Virus record (IMG/VR): IMGVR_UViG_3300042882_001046
Coordinates: 54,269 to 118,268 of that record
DNA length: 64,000 nucleotides
Reading direction: 5' to 3' (one strand)
Source: a virus
The position numbers and the translations under genes were made by a program. Below are positions 18,537 through 25,201 of this stretch, in pieces. The notes under the pieces were generated by a model that was not told the origin of the DNA, ran no database searches, and saw nothing but the letters and a program-made list of their open reading frames with translations. Positions within the stretch are counted from its first letter, which is position 1. Each line of letters begins with the position of its first letter.

Positions 18537-18706
18537 CTGTAAGGGAAGGAGTCGAACCTTCAAGAGGAGATTCAATTGATAACACAACGCTTGCAAGCTG
18601 GTGGTCTACCCCATATTATCAATCTATTTCTTTGTCCCCGCCCCCGAGACAGGAGGGTGCGTATGCCAAGGTCATAACTGAGACAACCTAATTTCGCCAC
18701 CTTACA
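18537..18706 (-). ncRNA. Oversized (170 nt) tRNA-like RNA with insertions in D-loop and variable arm
   Basis: Perfect acceptor TGTAAGG/CCTTACA, T-arm GAAGG-TTCGACT-CCTTC, Leu-like D-arm GCG...CGC. Confidence 0.75.
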
Positions 18707-18711
18707 ATTTG

Positions 18712-18798
18712 CGGAGGAACAGGGATTCGAACCCCAGATACCCTTTCGAGTATGCCAGTTTTCAAGACTGGTGCAATCAACCGCTCTGCCATTCCTCC
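18712..18798 (-). tRNA. trnS: tRNA-Ser(TGA)
   Basis: Cloverleaf; CCAGT-CTTGAAA-ACTGG; long variable arm. Confidence 0.93.
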
Positions 18799-18802
18799 AA
18801 AT

Positions 18803-18902
18803 AAAAGTGTTTTGGTCAACCACTCGCTACCCACCGCAGTATGACGATTCCCCCTGTGGTCATCGTACTTACGCCTAAGCCTTGTCCGTTGTAAACACTT
18901 TT
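18803..18902 (-). ncRNA. Structured inter-tRNA element
   Basis: 10-bp closing stem AAAAGTGTTT/AAACACTTTT. Confidence 0.45.
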
Positions 18903-18903
18903 G

Positions 18904-18977
18904 GGTGACTAACGGGAATCGAACCCGTGACAACTTGAACCACAATCAAGCGCTCTACCTACTGAGCTATAGACACC
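18904..18977 (-). tRNA. trnH: tRNA-His(GTG)
   Basis: G-1:C73; CTTGA-TTGTGGT-TCAAG. Confidence 0.9.
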
Positions 18978-18982
18978 ATATG

Positions 18983-19052
18983 TTGCGTGTATGAGGTTCG
19001 AACTCACTTGACCTTCCTTATGAGAGAAAGTTCTTTCCCACTAAGCCACGCA
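18983..19052 (-). tRNA. trnM: Atypical tRNA (CAT), probably elongator Met
   Basis: CTCATAA loop and normal T-arm; 6-bp acceptor and shortened acceptor/D junction. Confidence 0.6.
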
Positions 19053-19058
19053 GTTTAG

Positions 19059-19130
19059 TGGTTTTATTAGGACTCGAACCCAAACTCCGAAATCCGTAGT
19101 TTCGTGTGCTATCCATTACACCATAAAACC
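19059..19130 (-). tRNA. trnR: tRNA-Arg(ACG)
   Basis: CGAAA-CTACGGA-TTTCG. Confidence 0.92.
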
Positions 19131-19134
19131 GTTG

Positions 19135-19205
19135 TTGTCCCTCAGGGATTCGAACCCCAACTGGATGGACCAAAACCACCTGTACTACCGTTATACTAAA
19201 GGACA
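19135..19205 (-). tRNA. trnQ: tRNA-Gln(TTG)
   Basis: GGTGG-TTTTGGT-CCATC. Confidence 0.92.
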
Positions 19206-19213
19206 CTTTAGTG

Positions 19214-19293
19214 TGGGAGTGGAGGGATTCGAACCCCCAATGTCGACGACCACAGATTTACAGTCTGCTAAGCAACCGTTGCTCAACACTCCC
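19214..19293 (-). tRNA. trnY: tRNA-Tyr(GTA)
   Basis: GCAGA-CTGTAAA-TCTGT; long variable arm. Confidence 0.92.
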
Positions 19294-19296
19294 AAG

Positions 19297-19477
19297 TTAG
19301 GAAAGGAGAAGATGGTCGAGTGGACATCTCCTTTTACGATTGGCATTACTCAGGTGTATTTCTCCCAACTCCGATGATACCGACCAAAATACACTCTCAT
19401 GTCATAGGTACCACCATTCCCCAATCAACCTATAAAACGATAATAGAATGTCCCAGCCGTCTCCTTCTCTTATCTAA
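19297..19477 (-). ncRNA. 181-nt structured RNA with probable pseudoknot, family unknown
   Basis: 5'/3' purine-pyrimidine closing helix, GGACAT/ATGTCC, ATAGGT/ACCTAT, GTGTATTT/AAATACAC, loop GATTGG complementary to distal CCAATC. Confidence 0.6.
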
Positions 19478-19526
19478 CATACACTAACAGCTAAATACGG
19501 CTTGACTGATTATACTGTATGTTTTG

Positions 19527-19600
19527 CACGGGTGGAGAGGTTCGAACTCCCGACAACTGGTTTTGGAGACCAGTACTCTACCAAACTGAGCTACACCCGC
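19527..19600 (-). tRNA. trnW: tRNA-Trp(CCA)
   Basis: CTGGT-CTCCAAA-ACCAG. Confidence 0.93.
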
Positions 19601-19605
19601 TTATA

Positions 19606-19848
19606 TTACCTATACTTCCTGATAATCTTCATTATCTCTCCGATATCTGTAAGTTCCATCTTTTGTCCGACACGGATTGGATAGAATGCCACGGTAAATC
19701 CGTGGTTTCCACAAAAACGTTCGGTTACTCTTTTTCCATTAACTTTTTCAAGATAAATCCATGGAATGTTACCTGCGAATTCACATTTGATTCCCAGTTT
19801 GTCCATTCTTCTTCTGAAATCGTTTAATACTCTTGTGTCTGTTTCCAT
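19606..19848 (-). CDS. Hypothetical protein inside the tRNA array
   Basis: 80-aa ORF between trnC and trnW. Confidence 0.65.
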   Translation of the reverse strand: METDTRVLNDFRRRMDKLGIKCEFAGNIPWIYLEKVNGKRVTERFCGNHGFTVAFYPIRVGQKMELTDIGEIMKIIRKYR

Positions 19849-19862
19849 AAGTTTATTTTTTG

Positions 19863-19934
19863 AGGTCGAACCCAGAATCGAACTGGGGTAATTAGTTTTG
19901 CAGACTAACGCCTAAGCCGCTCGGCCACCCGACC
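19863..19934 (-). tRNA. trnC: tRNA-Cys(GCA)
   Basis: TTAGT-CTGCAAA-ACTAA; U73. Confidence 0.93.
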
Positions 19935-19940
19935 ATTGTT

Positions 19941-20174
19941 TTATTTAACCATATCAAAGTTAATCATATTCTCTGACATTAATTCACGAAGTTCATTTCT
20001 TATTTCCTGATATGCGTCATACTTGTCCTGTGGTAAATCATCGGAAGCATATTTAGTTTTCGCTCTCAATGATTGGTCCAAATCCCAAAGTATTGACCAC
20101 ATCTTCATTCCTTTAGTTGCCAAGTCGAAATCTTGTTGGTCCTCAGGTAAATTAAATTCTAAAACAGCTTTCAT
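19941..20174 (-). CDS. Hypothetical phage protein
   Basis: MKAVLEFNLPEDQQDF...; ATG 20174 preferred to track start. Confidence 0.65.
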   Translation of the reverse strand: MKAVLEFNLPEDQQDFDLATKGMKMWSILWDLDQSLRAKTKYASDDLPQDKYDAYQEIRNELRELMSENMINFDMVK

Positions 20175-20352
20175 TTTTTTTCTCTTTATATTTTTTACAT
20201 CTCTTTTTTGGTACTTCAACGTAATATGAACCCATAAACGATGAGAATACACCAACGTAGTTGGACCCAACCTCTTTTACATCATGGAGCACTGAACCCT
20301 CAAAAAGGTTGAAGAAGATGTCAGTACAGTCTTTTTTTGTTACAACTTTCAT
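20152..20352 (-). CDS. Hypothetical protein
   Basis: TATATTTG (20357-20364) 4 nt before ATG 20352. Confidence 0.6.
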   Translation of the reverse strand: MKVVTKKDCTDIFFNLFEGSVLHDVKEVGSNYVGVFSSFMGSYYVEVPKKRCKKYKEKKNESCFRI

Positions 20353-20390
20353 ATTACAAATATACACAATTTTATTTAATTTTTCTAATG

Positions 20391-20464
20391 TGACCCCGCC
20401 GAGATTCGAACTCGGGACTCCTTCATTAAAAGTGAAGTGCTCTAGCCAACTGAGCTACGAAGTC
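20391..20464 (-). tRNA. trnK: tRNA-Lys(TTT)
   Basis: CTTCA-CTTTTAA-TGAAG. Confidence 0.93.
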
Positions 20465-20470
20465 TTATTG

Positions 20471-20543
20471 TGGTAACGGTCAGAATCGAACTGACGACAC
20501 CTTGGTCTTCAGCCAAGTGCTCTACCAACTGAGCTACATCACC
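20471..20543 (-). tRNA. trnF: tRNA-Phe(GAA)
   Basis: CTTGG-CTGAAGA-CCAAG. Confidence 0.93.
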
Positions 20544-20548
20544 ATTTG

Positions 20549-20621
20549 TAGTCCCTGTAGGAATCGAACCTACGACATCTTGCATGTAAAACAAGCGCTC
20601 TCCCAACTGAGCTAAAGGACT
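20549..20621 (-). tRNA. trnV: tRNA-Val(TAC)
   Basis: CTTGT-TTTACAT-GCAAG. Confidence 0.92.
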
Positions 20622-20626
20622 GTTTG

Positions 20627-20700
20627 TACTCCGTACGGGGCTCGAACCCGTAATCTTCACCGTGAAAGGGTGACGACTTAACCAATTTGTCCAACGGAGC
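20627..20700 (-). tRNA. trnE: tRNA-Glu(TTC)
   Basis: TCACC-CTTTCAC-GGTGA. Confidence 0.93.
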
Positions 20701-20754
20701 AATTATTCAACAAAAATACGACCAATAAATCAAAGAACCAAAAAACATCAAAAT

Positions 20755-20787
20755 AAAAAACCCCGAACCTTTTTACGAGTTCGGGGT
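20755..20787 (-). terminator. Attenuator-type terminator upstream of tRNA array A
   Basis: ACCCCGAAC-N10-GTTCGGGGT followed by T-run; 5' arm complementary to AGTTCGG in leader ORF. Confidence 0.85.
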
Positions 20788-20820
20788 ATATAAAAAATTT
20801 AGTTTATTAATCTAAAAAAA

Positions 20821-20919
20821 TTATCCTATTTTGACATCCGAACTACATAATAGCATACGCTCATACCAACAAATCGATTGTTGTGTACTAAAGACCATAT
20901 GTTTAAATGTAGTTTTCAT
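20821..20919 (-). CDS. Leader peptide A (32 aa) MKTTFKHMVFSTQQSICWYERMLLCSSDVKIG
   Basis: Read by hand; sits between a consensus promoter and a terminator; codon content mirrors downstream tRNAs. Confidence 0.85.
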   Translation of the reverse strand: MKTTFKHMVFSTQQSICWYERMLLCSSDVKIG

Positions 20920-20937
20920 TGTTTCTTATATATAGTA

Positions 20938-20968
20938 CAAAGATACAAAAAAATCTTTGGGTGTCAAA
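20938..20968 (-). promoter_or_regulatory. Bacteroidota primary-sigma promoter for leader A
   Basis: TTTG(20968-20965)-N19-TATCTTTG(20945-20938). Confidence 0.8.
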
Positions 20969-20993
20969 TATTTTTTTTAACTATTTATAAAAG

Positions 20994-21413
20994 ATGAAAA
21001 CATTGAGACAAATCATTAAGGAAGAATTATTACTTGAAAAAAGAATCACTCAAGTTAATTCGTCTTTAGAAGTAGTATTCCTATTTGACGTAAACAGGAC
21101 CACTCACGCCTTTGATAGAGACACAAGAGATGATATTGAAGGGTATAATGTAAGACCGATTGTTAACGCTGAAATTAGAGAGATTATCAGTACAGTAAAA
21201 AAAGATATTGCCGAAAAAATAGTTTCAAGGGAAATTAACCCTGAAGTAGATTTTGTTGTAAAGTCCTTAAAATGGGAATTAGCCATGGCAATAACTCCTG
21301 TTCATATTGGAGGAACTTATTGGCAATTAATTATCAAAACAGTATTCAGAGAATCCAAATACAACCCTTTTAGAGTGGGTGAAAACCAATTGGTGATTTA
21401 CTCAGACATTTAA
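20994..21413 (+). CDS. Hypothetical, probable virion protein
   Basis: TATTTATA 4 nt before ATG; N-terminal IIKEELLLE. Confidence 0.65.
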   Translation: MKTLRQIIKEELLLEKRITQVNSSLEVVFLFDVNRTTHAFDRDTRDDIEGYNVRPIVNAEIREIISTVKKDIAEKIVSREINPEVDFVVKSLKWELAMAITPVHIGGTYWQLIIKTVFRESKYNPFRVGENQLVIYSDI

Positions 21414-21504
21414 AAAAAAAAAGGGTAACACTAGTATCTGAATCGTTCCCGTGTTACCCAGTTTGTAATTGAGCTTGTGTATCTAAATCGTGCTCCTCAA
21501 TCAC
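21412..21504 (-). ncRNA. Two-hairpin small RNA with duplicated loop motif ACGATTYAGATAC
   Basis: TATCTTTG (21509-21516); stems GTGATTGAG/CTCAATTAC and GGGTAACAC/GTGTTACCC; 11-nt U tail. Confidence 0.75.
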
Positions 21505-21543
21505 AATACAAAGATACAAAAATATTTCGTACCACAAAAAATA

Positions 21544-22254
21544 TTATCCCTGAATATTAAAATTAATCACACATCTGTGAGTTTTTCCGTAAAAAGGTTT
21601 AACCGAATGAACAATATCGTAAGGCCAAATTATTAACATCCCTTTCTTTGGTCTAATAAAGTAAGACATTCCCCTAACGTGAAATGTAAATACCCCACTA
21701 TATGGATGGTCATCAACTGGGTCTCCGTCAGATAGATAATAACCACCAGAAAAGTTTAAAGTTGTTTCTTCATTTGGTTGCCATCTACAATGATTATGAG
21801 CGTTATGTCCACGACCTTCAGTTGGATTATAATATTGCATCCAACTCTCAGTAATCATTGGTTTTCTGTTGTGTTCAAATCCAAGTTTGTCCAGCATCTC
21901 CATATAACCCAATTCTACCCTTTTTTTAATTTTCTTAACACATTCCTCATCTATATTAAGAAAATCGTTTGGCGGGGTCCAAAATCGACTACCAATGGGG
22001 TTATGTTCCGTTGGTTCCACCCACATGTCTTGCCTATTGTAGTTTACTTGATATGTAGATTGTCTTTGTTCGTCGTATTGTTCTGGTAACTCTTGACCCA
22101 TCAATTTTTGTTGGTCGGTTAGAGCATTAAAACCAAAATTATAAACTTCGTCTTGAAGTTCGTCATCTGTGAATACTTTCATAAACACAGGAATAGGTGC
22201 AAGATGAAAAAGATTCTCCTGACTTGTTTTAACTAATGGATTTTTTACGTACAT
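21544..22254 (-). CDS. Putative 2OG-Fe(II) oxygenase
   Basis: HNAHNH, SGGYYL, IWPYDIVHSVKP, RCVINFN. Confidence 0.7.
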   Translation of the reverse strand: MYVKNPLVKTSQENLFHLAPIPVFMKVFTDDELQDEVYNFGFNALTDQQKLMGQELPEQYDEQRQSTYQVNYNRQDMWVEPTEHNPIGSRFWTPPNDFLNIDEECVKKIKKRVELGYMEMLDKLGFEHNRKPMITESWMQYYNPTEGRGHNAHNHCRWQPNEETTLNFSGGYYLSDGDPVDDHPYSGVFTFHVRGMSYFIRPKKGMLIIWPYDIVHSVKPFYGKTHRCVINFNIQG

Positions 22255-22267
22255 AATTTAAATCTTG

Positions 22268-22348
22268 TACCCCAAGAGAGACTCGAACTCTCACGACCGA
22301 AGTCATTGGTTCCTAAGACCAACGCGGCTACCGTTACGCCATCGGGGT
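22268..22348 (-). tRNA. trnL: tRNA-Leu(TAG)
   Basis: TTGGT-CTTAGGA-ACCAA; variable arm. Confidence 0.92.
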
Positions 22349-22351
22349 GTG

Positions 22352-22443
22352 TCATTATCGCTTCAGCCACATCGGGAAAGGCGCCTCTCCCGCGTTGTTT
22401 AAGTGTGTAACTTGCGCCGTATCTCACTGAGGTACGATAATGA
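22352..22443 (-). ncRNA. Structured inter-tRNA element
   Basis: 9-bp closing stem TCATTATCG/CGATAATGA; inner hairpin CGGGAGAG-GCGC-CTTTCCCG. Confidence 0.5.
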
Positions 22444-22446
22444 TTG

Positions 22447-22520
<74 letters not shown>

Positions 22521-22524
22521 ATTG

Positions 22525-22610
22525 TACCGAGGGAGGGACTCGAACCCTCACGGCCGTTTACTGACCAAGGGATTTTAAGTCCCTCGTGGCTACCATTACA
22601 CCACCTCGGC
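22525..22610 (-). tRNA. trnL: tRNA-Leu(TAA)
   Basis: AGGGA-CTTAAAA-TCCCT; own promoter TATATTTG at 22620-22627. Confidence 0.93.
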
Positions 22611-22648
22611 ATTGTCTTACAAATATAACCTTTATGGAATCATAAATC

Positions 22649-22683
22649 AAAAAAAACCCCAAACTTTTTTTTTAGTTTGGGGT
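22649..22683 (-). terminator. Intrinsic terminator
   Basis: CCCCAAACT/AGTTTGGGG followed by T8. Confidence 0.75.
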
Positions 22684-22709
22684 CCTATTATATAAAGTTA
22701 TTACCTTTT

Positions 22710-23441
22710 TTATTGAGCATCAAACTCTTCTTCCCATAACGTATCAGAAGAATTTTCTTCTGTATTATAAGTGTGATTTAATTCAATTGTCATGTCATTG
22801 AAATTAAATACGAACTCTCCGTCTGACCCTTCATTAATTTCCCAACCACCATAATGACTTTCAAGTTGATTATAACACCAATCTTCAATTGTTGACGGAA
22901 CTGAATCACCATTTTCTTCAAATGAACTTTCAATATAACCAGAATCCCCCGAACCATTATATCTTAGAGTTAATATTCCATCTTGTGGAATTTCTAAATC
23001 AGATAGAACCCCATCTTTTTCCCATTCTTCAAAAATTTCTTGACCTTCTTCTTCTGACCATTCAGTCCCACTAGCGTCTCCTCTATCATACCAAGACCAA
23101 TAATGGTTAAATGAAATGTCTTTGTTTGCAGAATTAATACTAATCTCAAACTTTTGCCATGACATCGCATCAATATCTGGTGTCTCACTACTATATAATT
23201 CTTGGTCAGACGCATACTTCGTAATTTTTTGAAGTATCGGTATCAACCCTGACGGAACGTCCGCTCTCCAGTTATTGGAGAAATGTGTCATTTGATTCCA
23301 ATCTATATTATTATAGTTAAGTGTATCACCATAATCATCCATCTCGAATTCAAACTCACCGACTTCCATTCCGAGAGAGCTCAAATAATTACAAACTCTT
23401 CTCAGGTATTGTTTTTCTTCTGTTGTTAAAAGTTTTTCCAT
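22710..23441 (-). CDS. Acidic protein with DUF6878-like C-terminal region
   Basis: YNGSGDSGYIE and GGWEINEGSDGEF motifs (family name from memory). Confidence 0.55.
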   Translation of the reverse strand: MEKLLTTEEKQYLRRVCNYLSSLGMEVGEFEFEMDDYGDTLNYNNIDWNQMTHFSNNWRADVPSGLIPILQKITKYASDQELYSSETPDIDAMSWQKFEISINSANKDISFNHYWSWYDRGDASGTEWSEEEGQEIFEEWEKDGVLSDLEIPQDGILTLRYNGSGDSGYIESSFEENGDSVPSTIEDWCYNQLESHYGGWEINEGSDGEFVFNFNDMTIELNHTYNTEENSSDTLWEEEFDAQ

Positions 23442-23452
23442 ATAAATAAATA

Positions 23453-23806
23453 TCAGTCTTCAAACTCTAATTTCATTGTTTTTAACATCCATTGGGGTCT
23501 TTGATTTGACGAGATGTTACTAATCCACTCTTTGGCTGAAGGTATGTAATTATTACAATCTTCTTTTACGTGTTGTTCTCCAACATATCGGGTATAAACT
23601 GTTTTTCCGTCTGAGTTTAAGAACTCAGTTCCAAATCTTTTTTCCATTTCAAAAATTCCTTCACTATGATGTCTAAACATTCTATGAAGAGAATCTCCAA
23701 ACCAAGATTTGGTTTCATCTAACCATTCATGTAAATGAATGTAATCCTCAGGTTTTCCTCCAAACTTTTTGGCGGATGATTTTGCATGTAAATTTGGATG
23801 TGCCAT
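23453..23806 (-). CDS. DUF6915-like His-rich protein
   Basis: MAHPNLHAKSSAKKFGG...HRMFRHHSEGIF...HVKEDC (family name from memory). Confidence 0.65.
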   Translation of the reverse strand: MAHPNLHAKSSAKKFGGKPEDYIHLHEWLDETKSWFGDSLHRMFRHHSEGIFEMEKRFGTEFLNSDGKTVYTRYVGEQHVKEDCNNYIPSAKEWISNISSNQRPQWMLKTMKLEFED

Positions 23807-23808
23807 GA

Positions 23809-24042
23809 TTATTTAATTTGTGAGTTGTTTCTTCTTGCTTCCTCAGCTTCTTTGTAAACCCTAACCCATGTTAAAAATACATCAATAGGTGCTAAAATCC
23901 AACACATAATAATTAACGCCATACTCTCAAGACCTGGAGATATTCCAAGACCACCTGACATAACATCTCTGTTCCATTTTCTAATTGACATGATTACGCA
24001 GTAAATGAAACAAACAACGTAATACGACCAAAATAATTGCAT
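23809..24042 (-). CDS. Small membrane protein
   Basis: Two hydrophobic helices; ATG 24042 (track start overlaps trnA). Confidence 0.6.
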   Translation of the reverse strand: MQLFWSYYVVCFIYCVIMSIRKWNRDVMSGGLGISPGLESMALIIMCWILAPIDVFLTWVRVYKEAEEARRNNSQIK

Positions 24043-24057
24043 AAATAAAAGTTTTAG

Positions 24058-24130
24058 TGGAGAATGAGGGAATCGAACCCACGACAACTTGAATGCAAAT
24101 CAAGCGCTCTACCAACTGAGCTAATTCCCC
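24058..24130 (-). tRNA. trnA: tRNA-Ala(TGC)
   Basis: G3:U70; CTTGA-TTTGCAT-TCAAG. Confidence 0.93.
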
Positions 24131-24136
24131 TGTTTG

Positions 24137-24209
24137 AGCCTCCTGTCGGAATCGAACCAACGACCTACTGATTACAAATCAGTTGCTCTACCTGCTGAGC
24201 TAAGGAGGC
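24137..24209 (-). tRNA. trnT: tRNA-Thr(TGT)
   Basis: ACTGA-TTTGTAA-TCAGT. Confidence 0.93.
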
Positions 24210-24259
24210 ATTTGTGGGTGTATGCTCATCACATACTCATGGGTTCCCACAACCCGTTG

Positions 24260-24332
24260 AGCGGAAGACCAGGCTCGAACTGGCCACCCCCGACTTGGAA
24301 GGACGGTGCTCTACCAAATGAGCTACTTCCGC
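24260..24332 (-). tRNA. trnG: tRNA-Gly(TCC)
   Basis: CCGTC-CTTCCAA-GTCGG (one T-T mismatch); U73. Confidence 0.9.
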
Positions 24333-24337
24333 AATTT

Positions 24338-24413
24338 TGGCGGTCCCGACGGGATTCGAACCCGTATCTCGCACCGTGACAGGGTGGAATTGTAACCATT
24401 CAACCACGGGACC
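24338..24413 (-). tRNA. trnD: tRNA-Asp(GTC)
   Basis: CTGTCAC loop; the only tRNA here with encoded CCA. Confidence 0.92.
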
Positions 24414-24441
24414 GTGTGTGGGGAGTTTCACCCCAAACTTT

Positions 24442-24933
24442 TTAATTTGTTAAGATGTGTTGATGTTCTCCGATTACTCGTTTTAAACTACTAACATATC
24501 TCTTATCAGACGCATATACCCTTCCGAGTAGTGCAAGATACTGATTTTTTGTCAAATCGTCTTTACCTTTTAACATATAATCTTGCCATAAAAAGTAATC
24601 ATATACGCTAAGGTTCCAATCTGTATATTTTGAGTATCCGCTCTGAGTTTTACCAACTGAAGACGTTTCTCTTTTTGTTGGAACTCTCATTCCAAACAGA
24701 TTGTTTGCCGTTTTGAACAATTTTGATGTAAATGCTCCTGACTCTAACACAGCTTGTGCAAACACAATATCAGGAAATTTTATACCAAACTTAATTATCT
24801 GCTCGTACAATTCTTCTTTTGTCAACCTATCATCTTGTGTCTGATAAGTTGTTTGTACTTGCTTCTCTTGTGCTTTTGTTGTCATTGTTCCTAACAATAA
24901 CAACACAGTCAATAAGAATGTTTTTAACTTCAT
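24442..24933 (-). CDS. Glucosaminidase-domain (GH73-like) peptidoglycan hydrolase with signal peptide
   Basis: AQAVLESG, NNLFGM, YASDKRY motifs. Confidence 0.8.
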   Translation of the reverse strand: MKLKTFLLTVLLLLGTMTTKAQEKQVQTTYQTQDDRLTKEELYEQIIKFGIKFPDIVFAQAVLESGAFTSKLFKTANNLFGMRVPTKRETSSVGKTQSGYSKYTDWNLSVYDYFLWQDYMLKGKDDLTKNQYLALLGRVYASDKRYVSSLKRVIGEHQHILTN

Positions 24934-25013
24934 TTCTTTCTTTTTGTCTGTTTATGCTTCAGGATTACTCCATCCACGATACCACAACATTGGAAATTTT
25001 CCACCCACCTCAG

Positions 25014-25085
25014 CTGCTCCACCTGGGCTCGAACCAGGATAAAAGGATTAACAGTCCTCCGTAATAACCATTATACGATAGAGCA
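25014..25085 (-). tRNA. trnN: tRNA-Asn(GTT)
   Basis: GAGGA-CTGTTAA-TCCTT. Confidence 0.92.
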
Positions 25086-25122
25086 AAATTATAATCAAAT
25101 TTTCCAACAAAGGAAACTTTTG

Positions 25123-25196
25123 TCGGGATGGCTGGATTCGAACCAACGGCCTCCACGTCCCAAACGTGGCGCGATACCTGACTACGCTACATCCCG
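25123..25196 (-). tRNA. trnP: tRNA-Pro(TGG)
   Basis: CCACG-TTTGGGA-CGTGG. Confidence 0.93.
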
Positions 25197-25201
25197 TACA
25201 T

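Noticed and set aside
18537-18706. Group I or archaeal-type intron explanation for the oversized tRNA
   Set aside because: Inserts are in the D-loop and variable arm rather than the anticodon loop, are too short for a group I core, and I see no bulge-helix-bulge motif.
18572-20702. Track ORFs overlapping tRNA array A (e.g. 18572..18823, 18688..18945, 19018..19206, 19132..19377, 19502..19684, 19519..19827, 20261..20476, 20442..20702)
   Set aside because: They run through clear tRNA cloverleaves or antisense to them; artefacts of GC-richer RNA genes.
22649-22730. Attenuator for the Leu/Arg/Leu tRNA cluster
   Set aside because: AGTTTG at the end of the upstream CDS could pair with the terminator arm (6 bp), but there is no leader ORF or Leu/Arg enrichment and trnL has its own TATATTTG promoter.
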